A stretch of 64,000 nucleotides of DNA, from contig RDEW01000020.1 of the NCBI GenBank assembly GCA_011109175.1, forward strand, positions 738,514-802,513. Direction: 5' to 3'. How positions within the stretch are numbered: the stretch's first letter is position 1; every line of letters starts with the position of its first letter. Below are positions 21,387 through 34,129 of the stretch, piece after piece. The DNA comes from Dicyema japonicum (Eukaryota; Animalia; Dicyemida). The position numbers and the translations under genes were made by a program. The notes under the pieces are model-generated. The model worked only from the letters and a program-made list of their open reading frames with translations, made no database searches and had not been told where the DNA came from.

Positions 21387-22100
21387 ATGGTTCTTCTAAA
21401 ATGTCTGAATTTGAATCGTCTCTCCATATCCATGGATAAATCAACATATACCATCTTCACCACAGACAGAAAAGAAAAATATACACTGGATTTTAACATA
21501 TATGGAGACTCTTTACTTTTACAGATTCATCCAACTATTCTGGGATTGACTTTTGACCCTTTGATGACATTTTCTCATTATGTGAAGAACGTTATGACAA
21601 AGGGTCTCAGGAAACTGAATATAATGAAACCGCTCTTAAAGTACAGACCGTCACGGGAATGCGCTGTCTTCATGTACAATCAACTACTAAAACCGACGGT
21701 AGAGTATGCTTGTGCCTCATGGGCCTATGGAGCTTCAATATTTAATTCATACAAGATCAACTCCTAACAGTCAAACTTGCACGTCTAACAAATCTACCCC
21801 AATCTTTTCCCCCAATGCTTGACCATGCCGCAATCAAAAATAACGACTCTGGCTTCATCGGTCTGTGCGGTCAAGAAACAAATTGTTTCTTCCACTCTAG
21901 GCTAAAAGCCTCAAATACACGTAATTTGGGGAAAAAACACACTTTTCTTTAAACTCTAATGAAAGATGATCGTCGTCTATTCAGGAAAGCAGTGGGTACT
22001 CTGGATGAACATAGGAAAAACCTCTCGATCTTGTTGAGGTGTACTGGGATCACTTAATTAGTGGTCTACTCTTCTTTCTTGGTGTTTTTTTCGGGGTTAT
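21387..22100 (+). mobile_element. Family A LINE 3' half, 5'-truncated
   Basis: ILGLTFDPLMTF...LLKPTVEYACASW; terminal ctgggatcact...ggtgttttttcgggg. Confidence 0.85.
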
Positions 22101-22189
22101 TAAATATATTTCACCTCAGTCTCTTCCATCGTTTTGTGGAGCACATGAAGAACCAATAAAGCATCAGATATGCAAAAATCTGAATAAAT

Positions 22190-22430
22190 AAAATACAACA
22201 AAAGTTACAATAGCGTTTCAAGAAACATTGATCTCGAGATAAAGACTCGTTTCGACGGCAATGGATGTACAAAAAATCTGGTGCAGAGGCTTTGTATTTT
22301 CTTATTTTGGAATTCTCAAATGTTCGAGCAGCCTCCCAAGCCTTCAACGTGGAGTCTGAAAGTCTCGACTGGGAATAGGTGTCTATAAAAGCCACATCCC
22401 AAATCAAGCATTTCACATGAGAGAAATGGA
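22190..22430 (-). mobile_element. CRE-like endonuclease C-terminal fragment
   Basis: LIWDVAFIDTYSQS...AARTFENSKIRKY. Confidence 0.65.
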
Positions 22431-22787
22431 ACACAGTTATACCTTCTAGGCACTTTTTATCCCCACGATTTAGGCCATATAAATTTTTTAAAAAATAACC
22501 ATATAAATTTATTTTTTATTATTAATAATTTCTGAAAAATATTTTTTTCGTATTTTGAGCATTGACCTCGAAGCTGTGACAAAACTATAATTAAATTTTT
22601 CTTTAAATTGATTGTTGTTTGTAGAATAACCGTCACAATCGTCAACCTGAACATAAATCCAATTCGTGGTCCTCAAAAAGACGTGGTAGAGCATGTTAGT
22701 GGAGTAGAATTCTTTCAGATATTCATGAACAGTAGTTTTTGCTTTATTACCTGCTTTTTGGAAGAAAATCTGACCAGATATCCTAGT

Positions 22788-22890
22788 GGTTAGTGTTGGC
22801 CTTTTCGTCGCATATAGCTGTGGGTTCGTTTCCTACATCGCGAAAGATTAACGAAGGATACCTACTGGTCGACAGATTCCCTATCTGATC
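22788..22890 (+). mobile_element. Degenerate tRNA-like SINE head
   Basis: A-box-like TAGTGGTTAG and B-box-like GGTTCGTTTCC, followed by cgaagg...gtcgacagattccc resembling the SINE head at 6655-6690. Confidence 0.4.
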
Positions 22891-23059
22891 TTAGCCTTCT
22901 TCAATTCCTCGAGGCGTCATTTAATTCACAAAATTTAGGCGAAGATCAATGCCAACACTCTCAGCTGAACGCTTGATGGTAGCCGCCTTAGTACATGTTA
23001 GTAAGGTTGGTGTTACTAAAAATTAATGCTTTAATTATATAAATTCTAAGATGATTTTC

Positions 23060-23600
23060 GCCACGTGGTTAAGGTGGTAATTTACCCCTATCGAGAGATA
23101 TGTCTACTTAGAAAATCTCTTGTTTTTTCTCATGACCATAAACGAGGTTAAATATTCCGAAATTCTCAAAAATTGAAGATTTGACTATATCTTTGTGTTC
23201 AACAAGAGTGTTTTCAAACGTATTCCTTTAGCACAACCAACCGAGTGTACCCATTTATTGGAGCATTACTTGATCAAAAGTATATTTAATTATTGTTAGA
23301 AATAATTGAGAATATATCAACTAAGCTTATATAAGAGTAATTCTAAGTGGTATGAATATTAATACTGCACTTTACGTGAAGCCATATAACCTATATCTCC
23401 ACCTGGATAGGACACATACTTTATTTAAGTAAAAGCGTTATGATAACTAAAAAGAACGGTTATGATGACTAACCGTAAAGGAGAACCTTGAATGCCCTTT
23501 ACTTATTTTTTGTTGGTGAGTCTTTATAGACGATCCGGTTCCACAGTGAAATTTTCATTGATGCCAAAGCACCGTAGATGCGTGGAACCTCCAGTCTGAA
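23060..23600 (-). mobile_element. Degraded RT core of another LINE family; homologous pieces at 42180-42410 (+), 45060-45330 (-) and 54865-55100 (-)
   Basis: GIQGSPL motif and direct nucleotide similarity among the four segments (gactctttatagacgatcc; ggacacatactttatttaag). Confidence 0.6.
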
Positions 23601-23949
23601 TGTACAGCAATGAGATTCGAAATAAATAAAAAATAAAAATCTGCTCTTTCCCATAAAATATGATTTCGAAAAAATGAGTACACCGGCTGAATAGTTAAAC
23701 AATTATTGAATGACTACGTGCAGAGAAATCATCTACAACGCTTTTTTACATCAAATAGAAGATTGAATAACTATGCCTCAGGACAAGAATCGAACGGAAA
23801 AGAAATCCCTTGCAAGAACCTAGTCAAGATCCTTAGAATAAGTTTTGACACGCTGATGACAATCAAAACTCATGTTTCAATGTGGCTATCTCAACATTGC
23901 AGAAATGTTGTTTTCAAAATTCAAAAAAATCCTATAATACAACGCTAGG

Positions 23950-24270
23950 ACCTCTGTACACACAGTAAATTGAGCCATCCATCAGATATGGTTGAGCCGC
24001 TTGGAGAACAAAACGAGGAAGAACACCTTGGAATAGTAAAATAAAACCCACCAAATTTATTTATCGAATAACCGGTGTTATGCCACGGGAAACCCCTTTC
24101 GAAAATCTTGACGTGCATCTGTCGTGGAAAATTATCGCCACAACGTACATGCGAGAGTGTGTTGGATCAAAAGAGAAATGACGAGAAAGGATGAGGATGT
24201 TCTAGGATCACCTGATGGTTTCTTTATGATTAACTAACTTTCTGGTGATTTCTTGGCTTTATAATAATAA
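23950..24270 (+). mobile_element. Family A LINE 3' end
   Basis: ctaggatcacc...ggtgatttcttgg followed by a taataataa tail. Confidence 0.65.
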
Positions 24271-24949
24271 TACCCACGTGACCACTTCAAGAGAAAGAAC
24301 CGAGTCTTTGATTATTTATTAAATCAGTCATATAAGGAAAAAAAGTTGATTAGCAAAAGTCTTCAGCGCTGTCAGTAGAAAACGGTGATCGCTGATGAAA
24401 AAACATCGAGAAAAAAGTGAGTATTGCTTAACAACGTGAACTCTATGGCTTGGATCTGGTGTCCCCTACAACGTGCTGTCCGGGGTGGCTGTCCCTATGG
24501 CCCCCTCTAGGCACGCCCTTGTCTCATGTATATTTCATATTCAGGATTCTGTCTATATATTGAATTACTCCTGTTCATCAAAAGTCTTTATCTCGGAAAT
24601 CTTCGTAAGGTGATAAAAAATCTCAGGCTGTCGATTTTTGTCATCAATCAGCTTTTCACTCTACAAAGATATTTTAGCTAATCTTACCGTTATCGCTTTG
24701 ATAGTACCCGTTCACTTACCCTATAGAGTTTTTGGCTTAACTTCAACCCTTCTTGTGTCTTCTTCGGTAGAGAATTTCTTCCAGTGCTGCAGTTGGTTCC
24801 CCACATTATTAACAAATGTGTTTACCACTGACTTGGTAGGCCGACAACTACACAGTAACATGACCTTCCAAAACAATTGCGCTCAGAAATAATGCGAATT
24901 TAAATTATTTATAATCTATAATTAAAATAAAATAAACATTTATATTTTT

Positions 24950-25870
24950 AGGGTGCTTAAAACTGAGAAAAACATATATGATCACAATCACAGGATTCCT
25001 TGCTTTCAAGTACAAGATGGACCCCATCCAAATAATCCTTAACGCTATCAGCAAATATCAACAGAAATCCCTGATGGATAGTGTCAGAGAAAGTCGCTCC
25101 ACTCTATACTTTTTAATTGTTGCGAAGATGAAAATATTGATGTTGTTGGATCCGCTCAGTGTTTGGTGATCGGAGACAATAGTCCGAGATCCGAGGCTAT
25201 GTATTGTCTTCTTCATGACAGGAATCTGTTTTTTGTGGATGAATATTCACTATGTAATCGTTGTAAGAAGTCGAAAAAGTCGGTGGATCATATGGCTACA
25301 CGTTGAAATAGGATGCTTAACAACGACTTCATTAGAAGACACAATTAAGTGGTTAGATGCACTTATGCAGAATTTACGGCGTCAAAATCAAAGAGACTGA
25401 AGACGCATTCTGTCAATTCCATAGTCAATACTCAGAGAGTTGAATTCCGGGTGGACAGATCCATAAAGACAGATACTCAGGTCAGGTTCAATAAACCTGA
25501 TATTTTTGTCCACGATAAAGTGAAGAATGAAATTGTACTTATTGGAATTACTTCTCAAGGATTATTGAAGCACATTGAAGTAGAAAAGTTACATAAATAC
25601 GATTTATTGGCTGGAGAGCTCAAGCTACTTTATGGTGCTCCAGTCAAAGTCATACCTATTTCTAACCTGGGACGGTATCGTTTCGAAGGCTTATAAATCT
25701 CACTTGGGAGCCATTGCAATCGACGCGCCAACCAGAACATGCATCCAATCCGTTGTCCTCAAAAAAACGTTGGAGTGGATGTTGATGGGGATAAGTATGG
25801 AGTCCACACGATCGATGAAGATCTGGTTACAACAACCAATCATCTGTGGAGTGGGCAGTCCAGTTCAATG
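24950..25870 (+). mobile_element. R4/Dong-like non-LTR element, 3' region (zinc knuckle and restriction-like endonuclease), decayed
   Basis: CKKSKKSVDH...RRH; DRSIKTDTQVRFNKPDIFVHDK...EVEKLHKYDLLA; TWDGIVSK. Confidence 0.8.
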
Positions 25871-26082
25871 ACGTTCCAGGTAACCTGAGTGATGTGGAAT
25901 AGGATGGGATCCAGGTCAACGACTCCTCTTCTAAGAGGAGAAAGGTTTAGAATCGAACGGTAATTTTGACTAAATTGTTTCCCGTAAAAATAAAACTCGT
26001 TTTTTATATTTATTTATAAATTAATTTTGGTGGGAATTTCGTTGATGTTAAAAATACCGATTTATGCGAGTGATCGGAATTT

Positions 26083-27150
26083 TTGGCATGTTACTTGATA
26101 GCCGATACCTTTCTGGATGATGAATGTGTTCGTATTAAGATCGCATCATTAATCGGATTGAAAGTCTGCCGATGTGGAGACCAGATTAACTGCTTTGCCT
26201 TGCACCCAATCTCTTGCAAGAAGAGTGCGGGCAGATTTCCCAGACATAGCCTTGAACAAAGTCGTTAGACGAGCTTTGGATGCTGCTAGGCACCATTCTG
26301 TGCTCGAACCAGTTGGCCTTTGCAGGCCCATGGATGACCATCTTCAACTTTGAAGCAGGGAGACCTCTTGCTGGTCACCTGCCCGAGCATTCGACCCTTG
26401 CCACTACATCAAAGTGCCTTTAGAACCTGATCAGCCGTTATTATAATTATTACTAATAAAAACCAAAAATCATCAACAAATTAAATAACTACATAGCCGT
26501 CAGGTGATTCCGGCCGCATTGAGTAGCCATCTCATTTTTGCTTGGTGTTCTTCGGGTTCCAACGCATTTCCGGATTGGGCGGGGGTTTCTAAACTTTTTG
26601 GAGGGTAGTAAGGCTCCGGTTTTCCTCACTAGTTCCTCAAAAGGTGCAGGGTTTAGAGGTGTCCAAGCAAACCTTTGCAAAGCCTTACTGGCCATTTTTT
26701 GGAAGGTATTGATTTTTTCTATATTCCTGTTTGATAGGTTGGTTCCCCATGCAGCACACCCGTAAGTTAGAGACGGTTGAATATACTGCACGTAGAGCGA
26801 GTCCAAATTTGAGTTGAAATTACCCATTATATTGCTCAGATGTTGGAGTCAGTTTTCTCTGTTGCGAAAGAATATGAATATCCGCTGTATCCCGTACGAA
26901 AGATCACTAACCTACTAACATTTTTTAAATTTATTTGTTTAAAAAATTAAAAGAAACAAGAAAATTATTTAAAATAATTTATAATTAAAAAAGAAAGTAC
27001 CACGGCATCGTGGACCAGTTCGTCTGAGTTTATCAGGTTAACAAAAAGATATTAAGGAAGTAGAAGGGTGAACCTAGAATGATGCGATGGCTTTTCCAGA
27101 ACATCGTGGTCGCGTCGTGAGAGGTAACTTCCATAGGTTGCTCAATACCT
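26083..27150 (+). mobile_element. CRE-like 3' region interrupted by an inverted family A LINE 3' end (26440-26830)
   Basis: CRCGDQINCFALHPISCKKSAGRFPRH; WLFQNIVVA...RGN at ~27080-27130. The insert encodes YIQPSLTYGCAAW and carries the terminal hairpin. Confidence 0.7.
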
Positions 27151-27316
27151 GCAGGCCAAATAATAACACATAATAGAGACCTATCATAATAACTACTTTA
27201 TTTAACAATATTTTATGTTTTAATATATGCAATAATATTGATATAATATTTCCATTTAAAATAAATAATTAAAATGTCAGTTTTCGTGCTATCTTTGGTT
27301 ATTCTTAAAAATAATA

Positions 27317-28282
27317 CAAGTCCGACCTCTATTAGGACTCACCTCCGAGGTGGGGCATCTCTATATTTGGGGTAACTCCGTTTTGGGGCTTTCTATAAAT
27401 TTTCTATCAAAAGTATGACAAATTAATTAAATTTAACATCTCAATTTTTCTCTAACGGTCCATTTTGAAGAAAACAGTTAGTGAAATTTTAGAGTTTCTG
27501 AAACTGGAACAAAAAAAAAGTCACGTGTGACAATACTGGCTATTTACTGAAGGCTTTACTGGACTCTCACTGAGCTTAGTTTAAGAAGTACTAAGAATTG
27601 CTTACAGCGATGACTACCCCAGAAACAGTTTTGGAAAGTACAACTTATGCTGCAGGCTTGACTGGACCACGTGACCCCAAGTGTGTGGACAATCCTGGCT
27701 AGACTCAACGCTTATCTGGACTCTCACGGAGCTTAGTTATTGGAAGTAGTCAAATATTGCCTCAAGGCTTGACCTGGAATCCCACTAATAACACTTTTGG
27801 AAGTTGATGCTCATGATGAAGCCTTGTCTAGAAAACAAGACCCCACGTGTGAACAATACTGACTATCGACTCAACGCTCCGGACGCTTTACTTGACTGTC
27901 ACTGAGCATTGTTTTTTGAAGTAGTGAAGTTTGGAAAGGCTTTTCTAGACTCCCCCAGAAAACACTTTTGTTAGGTGATGGATCATAGCTCAACGTTTGT
28001 TTGGACCAGAGACCCCAGAAAATACTGGATATTGACTCAACGCTTTATCGGACTATCTGAACTCTTAGTTTTGAGATGAGTAAAGTTTGGCTTAGACACA
28101 TTTAGAAGGTAATGTCCTATGACTTACTCTTGACTAGACCACGTCACCTCAGTTCAAGAATTTTAGTTTTTGGAAGTAGTGAAGAATTGCTTCCCGGATA
28201 ACACTTTTGGAAGGTGATGTCCTATGGCTTACGCTTGACTAGACCACGTCACCCCAGTTCAAGAACCTTAGAGGTCGGACTG
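27317..28282. mobile_element. Non-autonomous pogo/Tc1-type element (MITE-like) with an internal diverged tandem array
   Basis: TA-CAAGTCCGACCTCTA (27315-27331) and TAGAGGTCGGACTG-TA (28269-28284); ~155-170-bp internal repeats starting ~27523, 27680, 27842 and 28015, plus a ~110-bp duplication at ~28100-28270. Confidence 0.8.
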
Positions 28283-28299
28283 TAGTTAAATGATGCTAA

Positions 28300-28900
28300 A
28301 AATCGATAAAAAATCAACTGATGATGTTGGCCATGGCTGTTAACAGGAAATATCTCCCTAACCAGTTTGAAACGTTCTAATATGCGTCGGTCTTGCCACA
28401 ACGGAGGTGATGGACATGCATTACTAGTCATCCAACCATATTTGTGAGCCATGTGTTTCTGTAAATTAGGTTATAAATCCCACATCTACTACCCGAAAAA
28501 ATCAAAAATGCAGAAAAATTTATTAAGTCAAATTCAGTGGACTGAGGAAATGAAATTCAGGAATTGGGGGACGGCGGAATCGATTTTGTTGTTGTCAGTG
28601 TTTTCGGGTTTGGATTCAATGAAGCACTGTTGCCCCCATTTGATCGTCTTCCCTCAATTTTATCGAAAATGACACTCCCGATTGTGAGAATTGATATTCT
28701 TCTTGGGTGGAAGGTGGATTTGGACAGCATAAATCAGCGTCTCCAGACGGACATGCTCATTGACAAACAAATACCTAATCGCTGATCCCTAAAAAATCAA
28801 TCAGTGTTTCGAGTCCTTTTATTTTGGCTGGAAAGTGTGCAACTCACTCCTTGGTCTCCTTCAAATGGTAATTTGAAAACAGATTATCAGACTGAGTCAA
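28300..28900 (+). pseudogene. NAXE: NAD(P)H-hydrate epimerase (YjeF-N, NAXE/APOA1BP) pseudogene
   Basis: Across frameshifts: QLMMLA, NVLICVG-HNGGDG, KLGYKSHIYYPK, VVSVFGFGF, LPIVRIDILLGWKV, LQTDMLI-SLIPKKS. Conserved DAIFG and DIPSG are altered and one expected intron lacks GT/AG. Confidence 0.75.
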
Positions 28901-29064
28901 TTCTGAATAATAGTATGTATTTGATCTCAAATAAGTTTAGGGACGCCATTCCCGACCATCTGGGGTTGTTGTGGGTTACTTCAAGCTAATCAATAACAAT
29001 TTCGAAGTTTTATACGAATATATTAAAATCATGGAAACTTTCTCCCCCAACCAATTCCTTTTAC

Positions 29065-30660
29065 CAGTAGTTCTCAACTTTTTTCCCACTTCCATTTGAA
29101 ATTTCACCACCCATTCTCCCCCGTGAGTCAAATTAACTTTTTTGAATTTTATTAAATTATTACTCATTTAAGTATAATGCTCGTTAACGAATAGTTTTAT
29201 TAAAATGCAATAGTCATTAAGTGATATGATCTTTGAAACTGATGACTAGGGAATTTTTTATGGCAGTTAAAATTTAAAATATAGCACTTAAAACAAAATT
29301 ATAGCATGTCACAGTGTGATAAATCGTCACAGTTCACAGATTGAAATTAAAATAAAAAATATTAGAATATTTAAAAACCATTGGAATTTGCAAAATTGTA
29401 TTAATTGAGAAATAAAATATCTATAAAATTAATTAAATTAGCGTGCTGAAATGAAATTGAAATTTATTTCCAAAGACCACAGTTAAAGACAAAAACAAGA
29501 AATTATGTGATCCCTCAGGTTGGCCCGGTGGTCTTCCCTCGATCCAACACAAGCACGCAGTGGACGCTGAAATGCGTCTGGTGCAAATTTCAAAGAAACC
29601 TTGTAAAAATAAAAAAAAATGAAGAAGGAATAAACATCTTAAGACGGAAAGAGATCGTTTAACGAAATGCATATAACATTGCATACCGCGGAAAAAACGA
29701 TGAGAGCTAAAGAGAAGAAATACGAAGCCCTACGCGACCGATTCGCGTTCTATCCCATTGTGGTAGAGACAACTGGAGGAATAAGTGGAAAATCGCTTTA
29801 ATAATAAAATAAATTAAACGCCTAGATAAACTAAAAATCCACGACGCACGTGAGACCCAGTGGCTTCCTCAGTTGATCTCTGCTGCAATCGTGAGAGGCA
29901 ACGCAACGCCGATAATGTCGTCGGGGACCACTTTGGATGGATTGCTGTGTTAATTAATTAATTGTTACTTTTATTAATAAAATAATTAAAATTTTTTCTG
30001 ACAATGTTAAGGTTTCATTAAGTACACTAGCTAATCATGGAAACAAGATTATGCGATGAAGAATACAGTGTCCAGGGAATAATTCTTTAAAAATGCTGTA
30101 AAGTCTTTGAATTTCCAACTATCGCTATGGCTCCATCCGTCGCTATGGACAGTACTATCTTCGACAAAATAATTTCCGATGAACCCAAAACATTCGATAA
30201 TATCAATTTCAGTGACGGAACAATCACTGACATTACATCATATGAGGATAACCTGTTTTCGCGACCAAATCAGATATTTTAGAGGGGGTTTCCAGTCCTT
30301 CTACAAAATTAACTAAAATGCTAACTATTAGTTTGGAATGTTTTTTTCTATGTAATTTTGTTAGATTGTAGAATTTTGAAATAGTTCTCCCTTAGTTCTT
30401 TCAAAGTATTCAATAGGTTTGTCAAGTTTAGACAATGATTGCTTTCTAAATCCCTGATATTCTTGTGGCTTCATTTGACAGTAATATTGCATATTAGGCA
30501 TACGGTTTTGCTTCATCAATGAGAAATAATTAAATAATAATTTTTAATACTTTCGGTCTTTCTATAAAATTTAAAAAATCAATAATTAAAAATTCCACCG
30601 CCAAAAAGTAAATATCCCATCGTCTGATTTAGACGATATCGCCCAGGTTGAGAACCACTG
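29065..30660. mobile_element. Candidate hAT (Charlie/Buster-type) element defined by a TIR pair; contains a CRE-like 3' end at 29680-29950
   Basis: CAGTAGTTCTCAACT at 29065-29079 vs GGTTGAGAACCACTG at 30646-30660 (13/15); 8-bp flanks match only 5/8. Nested KEKKYEALRDRFAFYPIVVETTG...AIVRGNA. Confidence 0.5.
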
Positions 30661-30959
30661 TTTATTACGATTATCCTTCAATTTTTATTTAGTCAAATCA
30701 AATTTATTGTGGATTGAGTGATGGGCTTTCAGCAGCTTGATTTTTTTAAAACATTTACTTACCACATTTCCAGCATGCCGCGAGAAACACATGTGTATAT
30801 ATTATTACTCACAGGATTTTTAGCTATTTTTAAAAAAAATTAAATTTTTAATATTAAAATTTCTTTTTATTTGTGTAGGAGAAAAATATAATATTGGATT
30901 TTAATTCGAAAAATTAAAATAAATTTATTCTGATAGCAAGTGGGTACCTTTACCCTTAT

Positions 30960-31265
30960 AAGAACCTTTCTTGTCCTTCATGGATCCCGTTTATCTCTCG
31001 GACAAATTCCATGAAAATCTAGGCTTGCCAAAAAAAAGGCTTCCACAAATTACGAAAAGATAGACTTCTAGAAAGTCCCAGTCTCCAATGCCTCTCGAAC
31101 CTTTAATACATTAAAACGTGACGTTGCGACTACGAATAACCAGTTATAAGGTCGACGCGTACTTGCCTGAACTCGTGGAGGATCATCGAGCCAGCTGAAG
31201 TCTTTTTTAAGCTTGCCAGGATCACTTGATTAGTTAATTTGATGTTACCGTGATCTGTATTTCAT
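30960..31265 (+). mobile_element. Family A LINE 3' end
   Basis: gccaggatcac...cgtgatctg. Confidence 0.55.
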
Positions 31266-31739
31266 TTGATTCATCCAATAAGTGCAGAATATTTTTTCCC
31301 GTGGGTTGATTTAATACCTAAAACGCCATTTTTAAAAAAAAGTAAATTTTTAGTTAAAATCTCTGTCAAATAACCAAGTGGTTTGGTTGGAAGGTTGAGA
31401 TAATGACGTACTTCTATTGCACTACTTTCATGATGGATGAAAGCCAATTTTTTACTTCTATTAAGCACGGAGGAGGTGATAGAGTTAGGAGACATCAGAA
31501 AAAAGTTCTAAACAAAGAAAGTGTAGAATATACGTAGGATCAGGATTCGAATCTCGTATTGCCAAAAATTGAAAAAAAACTTGTAGGATCATCTGGAGAA
31601 ACTGAGCGTGTAGGATAATAGCTAATATGATTATGCTCATTAAATTCCCACTTCGCGTAATTGGTGGCTCTTTGTGGTATCTTTTTGTATAAATTCATAT
31701 ATTAAAATACTGTCGTAAATCGAGGTGGAGACTCGTATA

Positions 31740-31957
31740 GACTAGATGCCCCTGCAAATATAGTAATGGAAAAATACTTTAACAATGATAACATACCCAA
31801 CTTTATAGGGAGGCCGAAGGTCACTCTCCCTGTGGCCCTCAATAAGAATATTAAGATGATTGAAAGAAACTCGAATGTACAGACGACCTACGGTCACATG
31901 AAAAGACATGTATGGTATGAGGATCTTGAATCGTGTGGCACACGGCATTTTAGTTAA
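31740..31957 (+). mobile_element. RTE-like LINE 3' fragment
   Basis: GRPKVTLPVALNKNI motif. Confidence 0.5.
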
Positions 31958-33358
31958 TATAACATTATTTTGTTACTGTGAACATGCGTTAATGTCAGTG
32001 ATATGTCCATATGTCCCAGGTTCTTGATAACCTGACTTCGACTTATCGTAGCCACTATGTCATTCTGAAATTTCTTTTCTTTTCCTGCAAGTAATTCGAT
32101 TGATGCAGAACTCTATAGTGGTGAGGCAAATCACTCCTGACGACATTTCGAAAAGTTATTTCCTCCCAAAGTAACTTTCATGCACCTTCTGGCAGATGAT
32201 CCTCCAAGTTCTTTCAGCCTTAGGACAGACAGAATTGAACTAAGATCCCATAGTTTAAAACTATAGGGTTAGTCAGGTCAGTCATGAGAAGGAGGATGAC
32301 CTCAAACTATAAGATAACTCAAATAATATGCTTGTTACCTAAAAATATTATAAATTGTACTTAGTCAAGTGAGGACCTGTTAGCCACGTCGGAAGGTTGA
32401 GGATGTGCCTCTGTTACTACTTTGCTTCATGATGATGAAAACCAGTTTCTTCTTGTGAGGGTGGACGAGGGGACGGACCCAGATTTTGAACTAAGTAATT
32501 CTGGTTCAACTTCCGTCCAGCCGAATTTGTAAGTACTCAGAAGATCATCTGTCAGAAGCTGCACGTGTAGAATGATAGTTACTACGATTGTTTGAGATAG
32601 TTTGAATTTTTCTTAAATTGGATAACATAAAAGTCCCAAATAATTAACTAATGCGGGAAGAGCTAAATCATGGACAAACACAGAAAACAACAAAGTCATT
32701 TAGTTAAGAGGCCTGGATTTCGTTGGTGTTCCCTCGATCATCACTATTTTGAGTCTCTGCCACAACAAATGTTTCGCGGGATGCGTATCTTTTCAAAGGA
32801 ACCTTCGTCCAATATTGGAGAGATACATAAATAGTTTCTCCATGGAGATTATAGTCAGAGGCGACCTCGCTGTAGTATAAGATCTTGCATTTTTGGGAGG
32901 ACAAAATTTAAACCCGGATCTAATATATTGACATTTCCTTTGTAAAAAACTTCGGTTTCGATGTTTACTGACTCTTACCTTTACGATCGCGGCTTTCATC
33001 CATAATGAAACTAAGTGGATATCCCATGCAATAGAGGTAAGTCACGTACCAAAGGTGTAATCCCGTGATCATGACGCGCTCGAGTAGAACCATATCCAAG
33101 CACAGTGATTCAGTTGACATTAGCAGGGAAGCTGAAGTCGAAGCCAGAACTCGTCGCCAGCGAGCGAAATCGTCTTATGAAGAAAAGGATCCATTTGAAT
33201 GTATGCCAGGCATTGTGTGTCTCTTGTGTAGGTAAATCCGATGACGCCACGAGAAGGAAGAAAACCCTTCAATCGACATGGCACCACGTGGACAATGTCA
33301 AATTTTTATTTATTTGAATAAATGTCAAATATTTGTATTATTTAAATATAGGTAAAAA

Positions 33359-34005
33359 ATGTATCAAATTTTTGCCATGACAGTATCTATGCTATTCACA
33401 TCAATCACCTATGACCTCAGGCACAGATCGTGTTATCGAGGCTATACAAGTATTCATCAATTCCCATACGATACCAAACATATGGAAGAATTCATTAATT
33501 ACACAAATTTTCAAGCCTGGAAATCAAAAGATAATCCATTCTCTTACCGCCCTCTCCATAACATGGCTTTGTCAAAAGTGCTGGAGATGCTTGTATTAAT
33601 GTTAATCTCCCCTGTTCTACCATTGCTTGAATTTCAACATGATTTCAGAGCAGGCCGTTCTATGACTCATTTTGGATCTGTCTCCCTGTTCATCACAGAC
33701 GGCTTTAGCATGAAGACTCTGTTATCTATTAGATAACCTTCGAATCTGTTTCGAGGAGGCTCAACGAAAAAGATCTTTATTTCGAATTTATATCTAAGTA
33801 TCTTGCTATAACTGAAAGATTTCTTAACTAGCAGACATGGAAGAGTCCGAATTGGTAAAACTACTTGAAAATCAAGACTAATCCAAAATGGGGTCCCAAT
33901 ATTATTCAAGGAGAATGGAGAATTTGCGAGATGTTGGAAGCTGGGATCTCCTAATTAGTGAGTTAACACTTCCTTCTTGGTGGTCTTGGGGTTTAAAAAA
34001 CCATC
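33359..34005 (+). mobile_element. Family A LINE, internally deleted RT plus 3' end
   Basis: SYRPLHNMALSKVLEML...QHDFRAGRS; GVP remnant; ctgggatctcc...ggtggtcttgggg. Confidence 0.7.
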
Positions 34006-34129
34006 ACAAATTACATTAAGAAACGGCCCCATCCACTAAATCGAGCTTGCTTCCCACAATGAGATCGACTGGAGATGCCTAAGTGTGGACAGACAATTTT
34101 ATAAATAATCAATAACTTACGTCTTTAAT

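Noticed and set aside
22788-22850. Functional tRNA gene
   Set aside because: A- and B-box-like motifs only; no acceptor stem or complete cloverleaf.
27520-28270. CRISPR-like repeat/spacer array
   Set aside because: Units are long, degenerate and homologous along their whole length, with no unique spacers or cas genes, in a eukaryotic context.
31271-31720. Further decayed genes with mini-intron-like segments (also 60990-61260)
   Set aside because: Plausible 19-28-nt GT-AG segments exist, but no coherent frame or recognisable family could be reconstructed.
32700-33000. Stomatin-like ILDPGLNFVLP or Penelope-like GFKFCPP fragment
   Set aside because: Two frames give competing short motifs with no supporting downstream motifs, so it cannot be assigned.
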